From: Balanoglossus misakiensis
Taxonomy: Eukaryota > Animalia > Hemichordata
Reading direction: 5' to 3'
DNA: 64,000 bases
NCBI GenBank assembly: GCA_040954595.2
Contig: CM082576.2
Coordinates: forward strand, 15,361,028-15,425,027
Under the pieces are notes generated by a model, which made no database searches, was not told the DNA's origin, and was given only the letters and a program-made list of their open reading frames with translations. Below are positions 12,891 to 26,600 of the stretch, one piece after another. The translations under genes and the position numbers were made by a program. How positions within the stretch are numbered: the stretch's first letter is position 1; every line of letters starts with the position of its first letter.

Positions 12891-15800
12891 ATGGAAAAAC
12901 TACATCGAACGCTGTGCTACCTCAGTATTATATCTGTGGTAATTTTCTCACATACCCAGGTGACGGCGAACGGTATTGTAGACCATTTTCATGTGTTCAA
13001 CTTCAATGTATTCATTATTGTAATCTCAGTATTAGAGTAGCAGTGTTTTACAACTTCATCATCGTGCCATACACGCGTCGTTTCTAAAGTGACAATGATC
13101 ACAAATCATAGCATTTTCAGTAATTATATGCTGAAATTTCAGAATACACGTTCTAGTTATGTACCATCAGTTGCCAACACACTATAAATATTTCATATTA
13201 ATGTAAACAACATTCTCTTATACATTTTTTGTAAATGTCATGTGTTTCAGCCCAAGAGTTTATGACTGTGATCGAAAATGAGTTGAAACTTGCCAACTAT
13301 AGTGCAACGTGGCTGGAAGCAAAAGAAGCATGTGAGCAGGACAATGGGCATCTGTTGAGATTTTACGACCGTCAGACCATGAATATAGTTGTCAACTTTA
13401 TAGCATTACTGGTTTGGCCAGGTGATTAACATCTTGAAATAACTTTGAATCATGATAAACGAATGATAACACTTGGCTGTTAAAACTTATGTAGTGTGCT
13501 AATTGATTACTGCACGTGGAAATTTCACATAATGTCCTACCGCTTCCCGGTAAAAAAAAAGTAATCGATTACCAAACTCTGTCATTACTGCTTGTTTATA
13601 CAAGCGTTGCCTTCTCATTCACAATTGTTGTAATAATCAACGTGACTTTCAAAGTAAACAAATCTACATTGTATCACTCGACGTTCAAGATGCCTTTCCT
13701 CTTTGGAATGTTTTACAGAATACGTCTGGATCGATGCCAATGATAGAGATACTGAAGGTCACTTTTTTTACTCAGATGGTTCGAGCATAGATGAATGTGT
13801 GGCATCATGGGAAACGTGGGGACCAATCAACCACGGCGGTAACGATTGTGTCATAATATGGTAATTTACTTTAAATGTAAATTTTAAATGGAGTCACCCG
13901 ACCTCAAGTTGTACGATTTATATTTGGCTGTAACTAGATCTCTATTGGCGGGGCCTTTGATGTAGAAATTATAATGTGACAGAACCTATTGGCCAGATCG
14001 ACTAAACGATATTACAATATATCGAAAAAAAATAATCAACACGCACAGTTCCTAAAACACGATCTGAAAATCTGTAATATCAACAAGGCGCCGTCCGTTG
14101 CGTGAACTAACCTACCGCAACGACCGCGACTTTGACAAATGACGACATTATTATGCCACAAACATGAAACTGCAAGTGAAATCGGAATGTAAACGGCAGC
14201 ACATACAGTATGTAATACTAATAATTGACGTTAATGAGACTAACTCTAGTATTATCTTACTTTTAGTCTCAATCATTACATTGCTGATGGATGTTATGTA
14301 CTTGACGAATCAGCAGACGGCTTACATTTGTTTTCAAAAACATTACTTCGTACACACATCTTGCATTCTCCTGTATGTGTGTATAGTGAGATATTCCACC
14401 TGTTTAATGGTACAGGTCGTCTACTGCATGGTATGTCTGGAGGTGTGACGAAAGGAATCGTTTCATGTGCCAGTATAAGAACAGAATTGCCAACTCAAGT
14501 TTATGTAAGTGATATAAAGCTAATAATTAAATAAAGAATTATATGAAAATAATAATTTAATTAATAATAGATTCGATTTCAACAAAAATTGCACCGATCA
14601 AATTCAACATTGAAAACGGAAATGCGAGGTGCCACGTCTGCCGCTAATTCAAATGTTTCTCAATATATACCACCATGGTTAAAGTGTTTTTATCAGTAAA
14701 TTATAAACCCGATGATTGTACAGAAATCACCTTGTGCTACGTTATAATTATACAATTCTTTCAACCACCTAAACTTGTACAAATAATTGTAATAATAACA
14801 ATAAACTGTTGGATCTGATTTATGACGTACGTGGGTCATCCTACACGGAGCTTGTCAGTCAAATAATATCAGATACAAATGAAAGGCTATATTTTATATT
14901 CTTTTATACATGAATTTTATAGTTTTCCGAGACAAGCAGACGTGGCATTTTTCGGGTAGTTTTTTCGTTCAAAATGTTGAAACTGACAAGAAGCAAGTTA
15001 AGAGGTCAACAGAGATTTTTGTGTACATGCGCGAAAAGTCTTACAACGTAGATACACAATAATCCTATTACGAAAATAGCCAAATGTTTTCTACTTACCA
15101 TACCCATGTAAAAAACAAAGGTGAATGAGTAGTAGTATTCTCCTTCTCACATCTTTGTCAGTGATTCTTGATAGAGTCAATGACGAATACAAGGTATCCA
15201 GATTCCACGCAAGCTCCCGAGACGCCTATGAGTACTGCTTGAATGATGGAGGGGCTTTACTACGAGTACCTGACCAACAGACAATGGAATATGTTATAAA
15301 CATGGTTAGCACGGTTGACAATAGTCTTGGGATACCCTTTAGTAAGTATCGACAACACCGTTCTGTCAGAAATGGTAGTTTTGTTTTGTATTGTATGGGG
15401 CTTATTTTATCTTGGTTGGTGTAATGTAATGTTGTGTTGTGTTGTGTTTTGTTGTGTTACGCTACGGTACACAATGTTATACTATGATATGTTATGTCAC
15501 GTTTCAAATTATTATGTTTTGCATAGGAATGTATGTTGTGTAGTTTGTTCTGTTGCATCATAGAACATTATATTCTAAACTGATGTGGTGGTCTCGTTAA
15601 CTAGCATGTGTAGTCACGTATTGATAAGCAGTGCATCGGAAGGTGGCGAATATTGCCTGCGCCATTTTAACCCCCCCCCCCCTGCCTGTTTCTCAACATC
15701 ACAGCCCCTCAAATCACATACACAGTCAGAACTTCGGGGATGTGAACATGCCTTTGTCAGAATTGATAGACAAATAAAATCTCACACTCCCAAGGACCTG

Positions 15801-18733
15801 GGATCATATTTCTCACACGATTGGGTGATGTTTTGTCTAACACGAGCCGCAGGCGAGTGTGGGACAAAATATCCCCGACGACTTTAGCGCACCTTAATTA
15901 AATAACGTTTTGTTATTCAATCAGCACTCGCGTCATATACAGCTTTATATTCTGTGAGAGTGTGGGATTGATTTGATCTCACACTCTGACCCCACACTCT
16001 CTGCATGCCAGGAGTGTGAGAATTGTATTTCTTATGGGTAGTAAGTGTTTTTACGTGTATGTTACGTATTAAGCACAGTTGACGTGGTCCACATTTAAAT
16101 TCAGGAAAACGGGACTTAAAAACACGTTAAAAGCAGCATACCTTAGTGAAAAAATGATTATTCATTGCACTTTTATTTGTTGCTTCCACTAAAAACTAAA
16201 CCTGTCACGAACAAGTAGTACTAGCTGTCCGGCCTAACATCAATTCTAATGTTTACGTTAATAAAGGTTTGATATATAAAATATTGTGGATAGATGGTAT
16301 GGATTTGTATACAGACTATGAATGGACGCACTATGATGGGACACCAATGACTTATTTACCATGGAACGTCGACGAGCCATGGGATGACGCTTGGAAAAAG
16401 GCACACTGTATAAGAGCGGAATTGTAACTATTTATTGTTCTTCACAAAACCCCGTTTCCCTAGCAGGATTTCGAGGAATGTAACACCTTCACACTGAGAC
16501 ACTATAAAGCACTGCATCCACAGCAAAACATTCGTCTGGACAAGGTGCACTGTTATGTTAACTGGAAAATGCACATTGACTGCGTATCCATGATCTGTTG
16601 TCTCCATTTGAGTACTTGAAGGCCGACGATCGTCTTATGCGCATGCGCGTACTTTCGTGTGTACAAACATTACGTCTTGTTGTTAGAACAGCATACTGCC
16701 CAAGTATCTAGTTTGGCTCATGGGCATAAGGTGTTCGTCGGCCTTTAATGACGCCCAAGGAAATGTGGCACGATTCAGATTCAGCTGATAACATGTTATA
16801 ATGATTTCTCGTGGTAAACGTATCGAACAGTTTATTTGTTTGTAACGATTATTTGTTGTCATTTTCTCAGATACAGAAAACCTACTATGTCGTTCAGTGT
16901 GAATTATTGCCCACGTTTATCGAGATTTGTCTGTCGATATGGTAGGTGTATATCTTTGTACTTAATCAAATCTAGCACAAGTGCACCAGAGACACCTATG
17001 CAAATTTGTTAAACAATGATTCTTACATGAAATAAAGACGAATGGCGGTCTTTTATAATTTTGATCAGCTTTCTAATGAATGCAGAATCATTGTATTTCA
17101 AAAATTATGGCGTAATAATTGTACCACATTTGTCGATATGTTGAACCCTAAATAGAATGATGTGACTTGAGTCACGAACATGTGTGACATGCCAGTACTG
17201 AAATGTCGCCCACATTGTAAGACTAACATCTCAGAAAAGAACTTCATCGCCATGTTTTGTATTGGTTCTCTCTTGCTTGGGTCAGAAATCCTTCGTCGCG
17301 AGAACGTTACATCATCCACATTACCAGCCGAGAAAATAAGTGTAAACGTCTTAAGAAATAAACGACAAAACCATTTTACTAAGAGGTGTATCAGAACTGC
17401 ACCATCGATTTATTGCAGTTCGAATGAATGCTGTTATAAGAAGTTGCAATATTCAGCGTGGCAGTTTCTTGTAAAAAATGGACCTAACAGACTTCAATGA
17501 ATCACTAATACATTCCAAAGTGAACATGGCGCCCTTTTTGTGGCCTAATGCCTATTTGAATACCACTTATCCTAAACCAGTTATTTCTTGTTGGTTTTAC
17601 ATTACAGGTGTGTCGTACACACCCAAACTGCCGTATATAAAATCTGAATGTTATAACAGTAGTCTGACGACACCTGGATATACAGGCCATGTTGGCTCTG
17701 ACGTTACTAATACCAGTTCTTCAGAAATGTCAACAGATGTCACAGAGGATACTGGCGCTGGGGCTAAATCTGACACTAGCCCGACTGAAACAGAATCCCT
17801 GTTAGAGTTAACTGTAATGCAGCGAAACGAAACAACAGATAATGAAGTTTTGACAGACATCCCTGACGACAAGGGCACTGAGAGTGTCTCTGGTTTCATC
17901 TCGAAGGAAAACCTTACTGTAACGGATACAACTGTAGTGCGTGAGACTGAACCAGACGTTGGGGGAACCCACACTGATTCTGTCTCCATATCAACGGATA
18001 CAATCGACGCCAGCACCTTGCCTCCTAATACAGCATGTAAAGGTCCATTCTGCCAACATTTGCCAAGCATTAGTGTTGTCGATAGCAATTCGAAACTGCC
18101 CCACTGTAAGTATAAGTTCACTGTGCTTCACAGCCACACTTGTAGAAACAAAACACAATTGAATAATATAAAATGAGGCAGGGTGGCCTTAGTATTTTTG
18201 AAACACCTGATATCTCTTCTTTATTTTGCCAGAGGTCTGCGCATCTGTCTTTCACGGTTTTGACATCTGACTGCATGTATTGTTGTCTGTGCTAGGCTAC
18301 GCTGTGCTGCTGCTGTTTATTTGTTTGTTTGTGTGTGTGTGTGTGTGTGTGGTTTGTGATAGGCCATGTGCCGGTCAATGGTAAATATATTTGCCCTGTG
18401 ATTTTATTGAACATAAATTGTTATGCTCGCAAGTATATAATACTATATTTCACAAGTAACCCGAATGGATCCTGTCCACGTCACAAGTAACCCGAATGGA
18501 TCCTGCCAAAGCCCCATAGCCCAAGGCCTGATAGTCTGCACTTAAGCTTTGTTGCTATCACATTTATTTTTTTCTTGACAGGTGACGAACTCGACAACAA
18601 TGGCAACACTTTCATGGTCCTAGTCCTAGGCTTTATCGCTGCATACCTGGCTGTGCATATTGCGTTGATACTCGGGATTTCTCGTTTTGTAAGAAACCTA
18701 GACCCTGCTCCAAAGTTGCAAAATGACACATAG
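12891..18733 (+). CDS. Two-CTLD mucin-stalk membrane receptor, paralog C (~513 aa)
   Basis: Nine exons with the same lengths and phases as copy B: 12891-12972, 13251-13421, 13719-13860, 14416-14504, 15162-15341, 16267-16423, 16871-16941, 17608-18105, 18582-18733. No stops found. Tandem unit period ~7.6 kb. Confidence 0.88.
15777..16022 (-). mobile_element. Dispersed repeat with palindromic CTCGCCTGCGGCTCG core, inserted in copy C intron 5
   Basis: Absent from the homologous intron of copy A (empty site near 1160-1175). Homologous to 54105-54519. Confidence 0.7.
16617..16748. mobile_element. Degenerate TIR element (AGGCCGACGA...TCGTCGGCCT) shared by intron 6 of all three lectin paralogs; internally deleted in copy C
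   Basis: Inverted termini visible. Longer, more diverged versions at ~8820-9122 and ~347-610. Confidence 0.55.
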
Positions 18734-19955
18734 AATACTGTTCTTGCTTTGATCGTTACTCGTGTTATTAATGCTGTTTCTTCATTTGACACAGTGATCA
18801 AATTCAAATCATCATTTATAATCGTTAGTTAGGTTTCTGTTACAGTGTCACCATGTTTCTTTATTACATTTTATAATTGAGAGAAAGCTAAATGAAGTCA
18901 GCGTTTTAACCGTATTGGAATTGAACCGAAATATTTTTGAACAAATGTGGCTCATGTGTAATAATGATCACAGGTTTTCAATGTCTGGAGGATATTCGCT
19001 ATGGATCTTAGTTATCATATGCACATGCGTACAATCAATTACTGGAGGATATCTTTTTGTCATGGACTTACTTCATTACCTATGCTGTGCTGTGTTGTGA
19101 TGTAAAACATGCCTTATAAATGTGATATTTGATTATTTTTGGAATGTGGATGGTTATGATCTTCATTATTTGACTATGATTAGTGTTATTTTAATAAACG
19201 TGCTTTGGTTCTCTATCACTTCAAACTTCGCAAACGTGTTGTTGTTGTTTTTCCCGGAATTTGAAATACCGCCCATGGCAGCAAGGGACATATGAACCAG
19301 ACAATGTACCCACTAGCCAGGCACAGCGGCAGAGACTTGGCAAGACTGAACAGATATGATGCTGGGTGAATATATCGCCTCTGGCGACCTAGTTTCACAG
19401 AGTGCAACATTCAGGCACCTGTACTGTATCTTTTAACTGATTGGTTGTGAAAAGAATGTAACCACTCAGGAACAAGTTAGCGAAACTGCTGCTATATATG
19501 TACCCGCTGATATACTTTGAAGACCCAAATTCGCATTTCAAGAATGCGCGTACCTCAAACGTGTTTACGCCACACACAACTGGAAGTTTCAGTATTATAA
19601 TTTTATATCTGGCACATGTGATCTACACTAGCTCAAATGTGACGTAAGAAACCATCGGGTTTTTATCGAATGTTTTCATTCCTGAAAACGTGGTATTTAA
19701 AAAGATGATTGTTAATATATTGAACTGTTTATTGCATCGCAAGGCCATCGGCCCTCTTGCAAGGGAGTTACAAATTAAAATATTTTACTAAAAACACTTC
19801 ACAGTGGAGTTTGAAAGCTTTGAAATCCAACAACAACAACAACAAAAACAACAGCAACAACAACAACAACAATGAATATTAACATTTCGAGTTATAATTT
19901 TCAAGTCGATGTCAACATTTCAAGTGGGATGTCATTCTGAACGCATTTCAACATT

Positions 19956-20500
19956 AAAAAAATCGCGTCAAGGACACGGCGGTCCCATTGAGTGATTACA
20001 CAAGAAAAAGTCTACACCGGAGTACATGGCCATATACAGACAGACAGACACACACACACACATAGCGAGAGATCAATGGGCAAACACTGACTGACCCATA
20101 AGCTGCCAATGGCATATGTACTGTACATACACTAAATAGAACAGCTGGCCTCTATAAAACTTAGCCAGTTATGTAATCATGCAGGAATTTGCTGTGTATA
20201 TAAATCACAGGAGGGGAGTTCCTGCCTAAATAAAACAACTCCATAAAGTAAATACACACCACTTTGTAAAGCAATCTGACCAGTAGTTCTTGAGTTTTGA
20301 CCAAACTTACATTTTTCCAGCTAAATTGCATATTTTTGGCAATGACAACTTCATTTGAACAAACTCCCATCTACAGCCCAGCCTGCATTAGCACACCAAA
20401 TATCAAGGTGATACATGCAGTGGTTTTCAAGTTTTTGATGTGGACGGACATACATCCATACATCCATCCATACATCCCTCCATCCATACATCCATCCAAT
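19956..20500 (+). mobile_element. Dispersed repeat, Helentron-associated (HINE/DINE-like) non-autonomous element, copy 1
   Basis: Highly similar to 45885-46415; internal (CAGA)/(CA)/(CATC) microsatellites. Confidence 0.7.
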
Positions 20501-20627
20501 ATAGCGAACAGTCGGATATAACGAACGTAAACGGTGTCCCCCGAGATATTTGCATAGTAAATTAGGTATGTCCATCTTTGATCAAGTGGTGTTAAGTGTT
20601 ACTGTCCATTGTCACGTGATGTGAAGA

Positions 20628-23600
20628 TTAAATGTTCGAGTCCATGTACTGACTGCCTTGACCGTATGCGTCGTCGCATTCATACCCAGGTAATAAGTTC
20701 GGCAGAATTTCATACACGGGATCCGTTGTGCCATGCGCAGTTGAGTTCATCGCAAGGATGTCATTTCTAGGGGATATATTCACTTCGTAAACAGTTCGGT
20801 TCACTCTATCCATGGGCGAATCTTCAACTTCATAGTCAGTTCGTTTCCTCACTATCGTTGAATACATTGGTTCCCTTTGAATATCTGTAAGATCTTGGTA
20901 CACGTTATCGTTGCCACCTTCTATAACATAAAAATAATCATATAGTATGAGGCATGTACGTGTAAATGATTCGCTTGTTTAATAATAATTAAATGCTCGT
21001 GCGTCAAATGGTACCAATTTCATCTTTGAAATGTTGTGTTTTGTATATCAAATTTGCAAAGTAACCGTTATGATTTGATACCTTGGATCAAAATGCAGAA
21101 CTGTGTTAACTGTGTTAATAAAGTTAATCACAGAAATATGTTATAGTTTTGCCGACAAGAATATTTGTTGGACAATATTTAGACAATCAGAAAAATATAA
21201 ACTATATAAAATAACAAACCTCTTGTCGTAACCATGTCAGAAGGTACAACCTTCACTTTCCTGTTATGAAAAATGAAATGGAATTTATGAGTATATAGGC
21301 TTTTGTTGGTGTCCAATTTTTCAGGTAACTGAACATTTAATATGTGTCGCTTCATGTTATGTGAACTTTTTTATCAAAGGCAAAGTTCAAAGACAACATT
21401 GATGCTAAAAACAAATGATTTGTTTTCGGTTGATGAGAGGCCACATACTTGGAACCATATTAAGCCAAAATATTTTGAGGTACAATGTAATTTGCAAGAA
21501 TGTAACTTTGAAAGAGAACGTTATTTAAAAATGTCTCTCAGCAGGAAGCGAATATTTCTCTTTTCGTTTGTACTTCTGGTCTTAATTGACAGGTCTTGAT
21601 ATATCGACGTTTTTCACAAAGGAGAAGAAAATTACATTGCTGTACATTCAATTGCCTTTATTCCTCATGGGGTAAATCAGCGGCACTAACTAGTGCTTCG
21701 CCCTGATTTCAATAAAAATGGTTCTAGTCAAACAATTTTAATTTGTAAACAACCAATGAATGAGTATTTATGTACAGGAAGATGTGTTATTTGTAAGGTC
21801 ATCATTGCGTTGACCAAGGAATTCACACCTACGGCGATATTTTCCCGCCATTTGGGGGAAATCATGGGGAAATGTTAAAATTAAGTAAGCTGACTAAAAC
21901 AACAAGCAGTGTCCAGTTTTGCATAAGCAACATTAATTAACGTTTCACACATAGATATAGCAATTCTTTAAGAGATAGGGTCCGTATAGGGTATGTTTCC
22001 TACAATAAGGAAAAGCGTGTGACAAATCACTGTCTGAAAGTTTAAAAATTAATTAAAATTGCTATAACGTATCATTGGTCCAACTACGAAAAACAGAAAC
22101 AGCTTGGCATCCAAACGCTGTTACTTTGGACATGATAATTTCTTAGAATAGTATGTTTTTGTAAAACAGAAGTAAGCGGAAGCATATGTCTAAAATGTTA
22201 CTGTATTATATTTTTTATCATTGTAAACGAAAAAGATGTATGGTATTTTTTTTTTAAAGTAGATGAATAAACAATCTTCGTGATTTTACCTTCCGGTAGG
22301 CGAAAACAAAGATGACAAAGCATGCACAGACAGCAACAATTGCTACCGTAGTGACTAGTGGTCCGACTGTTAAAGACAAGATATTGACATTTTACATTTT
22401 GTATCTATTGAATTGTTGCAGCACGTCGTAGCACTTTGCATGTGATAAAGCCAAAAGCACAACATGTCAAAAACCTAGTGTGATTATCTCCAATATCAAT
22501 GATAAAGAAGCAAGCCAATTGGATACCACAAACTTATTCTAGGTCCCACAATAATTACCAATGGTTTCATCATGGGATAATAATGTCAACTTTAATGAAG
22601 ATTGTGATGTTGGGAAACTCCAGTCAAAATTTAAACCCTGTAATTTTAAACATAACATTTTCAGTATCTTGACTGGTGCTTTCATGAATCAAAGAGAAAT
22701 TTGGAAGTCAGGTAGGAAACTACAAACGGGAAATTTCTAGAAGTGCCTTTTGCTGAACAGGGCAAACACTTTGCGTTTCAGCTTGCCTATAGGGACATTC
22801 AATTGTTTATGCCCACAAACTTACTTATGGTAGCGTCATCCGTACAGTTACGAGTGCCACAGATGTTTACCTGTAATGAAACGAGTGCAGTACAATTATA
22901 CGCTGGCAAAAGAAGATGCAGTATCATCTTGATAATGTTCTTTTTTCTTTTTAAAATAATATCAAATTATATCAAGCTACCATCCGCCATTCAGATAGGA
23001 TGATAACTCAATCTAATGATACCAAAATACTTAGTACTCAATAGAACACTGCTAAAAGTGGCTTCTGAACTATAGCATGCAGTAGGGAAATGTGCGGTTA
23101 AACGAAATAGAGAAAATGAAAACAAGGTTGAATTTACGGGCGTTTTATTTTGGAACTGTTCTATGGGAATGTTTGTCACTTTGCCACGTGCGATGCCTGT
23201 CTTGGCACAATTTATCGTCTGCTTAATGTTAAATATGCTCAATCCCGGGCGGTCGTGTTCATAATTATCAACAAGTCTTAGACTGTGATTCAATTTGTAA
23301 CTTCTGTTTCTGATTCTGTTTCGTTAACAAAATAATACTGATTGGCCGCAAAAATTATTTTTTTTGTCGCGAATTGTACCCATATCTTGTTATTGCTTAA
23401 ATATGCAGTAAGTTTGAAAAACATATTCAAGATCCTATAGCTGTATTTTTAGAATCAGTTTCATGGTTTTAATTTTTAATGGTTCATTCAAGTGAGTTCA
23501 TTACTGGTTATACACAAACACATTTTATCAAGCTATAATTGTGGCTATACATTAAAATATGAACAAGTTAAACACATTAAAAAACGGTGCCGCACCCGTT

Positions 23601-26600
23601 TATTTAACTGCCCATTCCTAGAGTACAAGATTAACATGATATGGACACTTTGGTATTAAAATTCCATGAAGTCATTGGCCGACTTAGAATAAGAATATTT
23701 AAATATTTTAGCAATTAAAAATATGCTAAAATACGCTCTAATAGTACATAGTATACCTGAATAATCTCTGCTGTAGTCAGTTGAGCGTTATTCTGCGCAG
23801 TGATTGTGACGATGTAGTCTTTGTCCAGTGGGCCATTTGTCTTGTCAAAGTCATCATGGTTTAGTTCAATGAAATAATATATATAGAAACAGTCTCCTTT
23901 AGGGGTACATAGACAGGTTGGTTGGGAGCAGCTGCTAGGCTACAAATAAAATAAAAATTACCATGTTTGATATAGAGAAGGATGACTGACACTTTTTATA
24001 TTCGTATGCCAATTATATAAAGACATGGTCACACAAATCTGAATTAAGGCAAAACGCAATGGACCAGGTTTGGAAACATACGTGCATTATACTGTGGCGG
24101 ACATATGAACCCCAGAGATTCATTGACCTACAGCAGTGGACTGACAATTTGAAATATTGTGAAATAAACTATCCCTGGGCTGAAAATTGGAGAAGCTAAG
24201 AGTGATTTTTCAATTTGGTGAATCTAATCAAATGTACTACATTAAGACAAACGATCACCATTGGCCCAGTCCCCGCTGGATCGAAAGATTAGGAGAACAC
24301 TGAAACAGGTCATGGTGCATCATCTGTTGAGGCATGCCTGCAAATAGGTTGCTTATACATGTTTGTTTCTTGCAAAGGACTTATCTGTGGGTATGACGTG
24401 TCATGTACATCATAGTTTGTGATCGAGGTTAGTTACAATATTTTAAGAATATCATCTTTGGATAAAAATTAAAGATATTAACAAACATTAAAAAAATAGT
24501 AAATTTTTGTAATTATTTTGGGTCTGTACATTCAGAAACTCTAAAGATTTCTCAAAATAGAAGAATATACACGTGTTTATTGCCGGAAAGAATAATTTCA
24601 TTTCCTTTCTATGGCTTCATCTCATATCATCACGCCGTCTTTGTCTAAATTACCTACCCTCGTGCTATAGGCAATCGCGAAACAATGGCCATAATGGCAC
24701 AAGCTTCTATAGACAGTCCAAAGCATATTAAACAGACATACCTCAGCTTTGCGGCCAGGTATCACACCCTTGCCACGAACTGTTGATCTATTTCCAATAG
24801 GCTTATCTTGAATTGTCCAATGAATATTAAGTATACCACTGTGTTCATCATATGCATAGAACATTATCCTAGAAGGTAATGCCATAATATTTCTTGATTA
24901 ATCGTAATTTTATTTGCTCATGCTACTTTCCTTTAAGTATTCCATTTGGCGTGTTATTGATGATAGACTAGACGTGCAATTGGGCATAATGGAATCTTAT
25001 AGCAACAATTCCTTTTCAAAAGATGCAACAGTTGACAATTCACAAATCAAAAGACACAAGACAACTCGCACACATACTTTTCAAGAACGATGGCGTAATT
25101 AAAAGTGGTGAAAATCAACTGTAAATATTGATCCTTAAAGCGGTTTCGATTGACCCACCTAAACAGTAATAAAGAAATGTCAGTTTCGAGGTAAACATTA
25201 AGTTTATCCTCCCTTTTCAAAGTAAAGAGATTCCTTCTTTGAAGAGTGTGAAAATTATATGGAACCTCAACTTACTTTATTTCGTGGTCTGCTTCTGAGT
25301 GTTGTACACCTGACTGCTTAGTTCCATCAGCAATAACAATGAAACCACCGAACACAGGGGGCGACGAATCAACATGAATGAGAATATCATCCGTTGCTGT
25401 GTTGTTGACGACGTCATATGATGTAATCCATATTCGAATGGAATCACCGTCTTTGCGTTCTATATCAAAACTTTGTTCTGCAGTCTATGAAAACAAAATA
25501 TGCCACTTTATTTAAAGTATATTATTTAAAAAGACTTGTCCCTTTATGGTGTGTGCCTTGTAATATTACTCGTAGGAAAACGGGGCATGTGTATAATGGA
25601 AAGAGTTTACAAAAAGAATTAACCCCGAAGCAAGAGAGTAACTAAGCAATGATATACTAAATGATATAAGCATTGATAACGGCACTCACTGGAAATCCCG
25701 GAACATCCTCCCACATGTGGTACTCGGGCGGATCTTGAATGGACTTTCCACCTTCATTATCGATGGAAACCGCTGTTATGGTTTTGACAGTGCCATCGAT
25801 GTGAGGAATTGCTTCTATCGACCTGTGGGATGGAGGTTGGCCTTGTTTTTCTTCATATGGCTCAGGTATTGGAGGCTCGTGCTGAGCGATGGCACCAAGA
25901 AAATTGTTCATGTCATGGTATTTATTTGAAATGTGGTTCTCCCATGTTACATGTATCTACAGATATAAACATTGCGAATTCGAAAGAAGTTGTTAGATCA
26001 AGTAAGTTTTGCTGTCTTTTGGTTTATTTGCTTACTTATGTAAGGAATGGTACAGAACCATTTATCACACATCTTATTCAAAGCTTATCAGGTACTAACT
26101 ACACAGCTATAAAAATAAAAGTATGTGGTAGCATTGCATTTAACACTTATGTCACCACAGTTCTTTTTACATAGCTGGTACAGAGTTCCTGCACAAACAT
26201 AGAAGGTACAGGGCTGTGTATATCCATGTTACAGACATGGGAATGGCCCCGAATGTCTGATCTTGAGGTTTGAATAATGCACACAGAGAAAATATGTTGA
26301 TTTATCAAGTTGGTGGATAATTTAGGCAATGACACCGTACGGCGCACTCCTTACATTTTTCATAAGTGCATCGAAAGGTTGGATCAGGGTATCTATAACG
26401 ATTGTGGTCGCTCATTTGCATTTTGTTCGTGCAATCAACTTCGCCAATGCAGACCTGTATTAATCCATTGCTAAGTTTAGGCCAAACCTTCCGTCAATTA
26501 AATCGCCTGGTTTATAGTACATACTTTGATGAAGCCCTACAACTAAATAGGAACGCTGAGAGCTTTATACGAGTTTAGTGCATATTTGGCAACATAAATG

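Noticed and set aside
18450-18505. 25-bp tandem duplication TCACAAGTAACCCGAATGGATCCTG
   Set aside because: Ordinary intronic slippage duplication specific to copy C.
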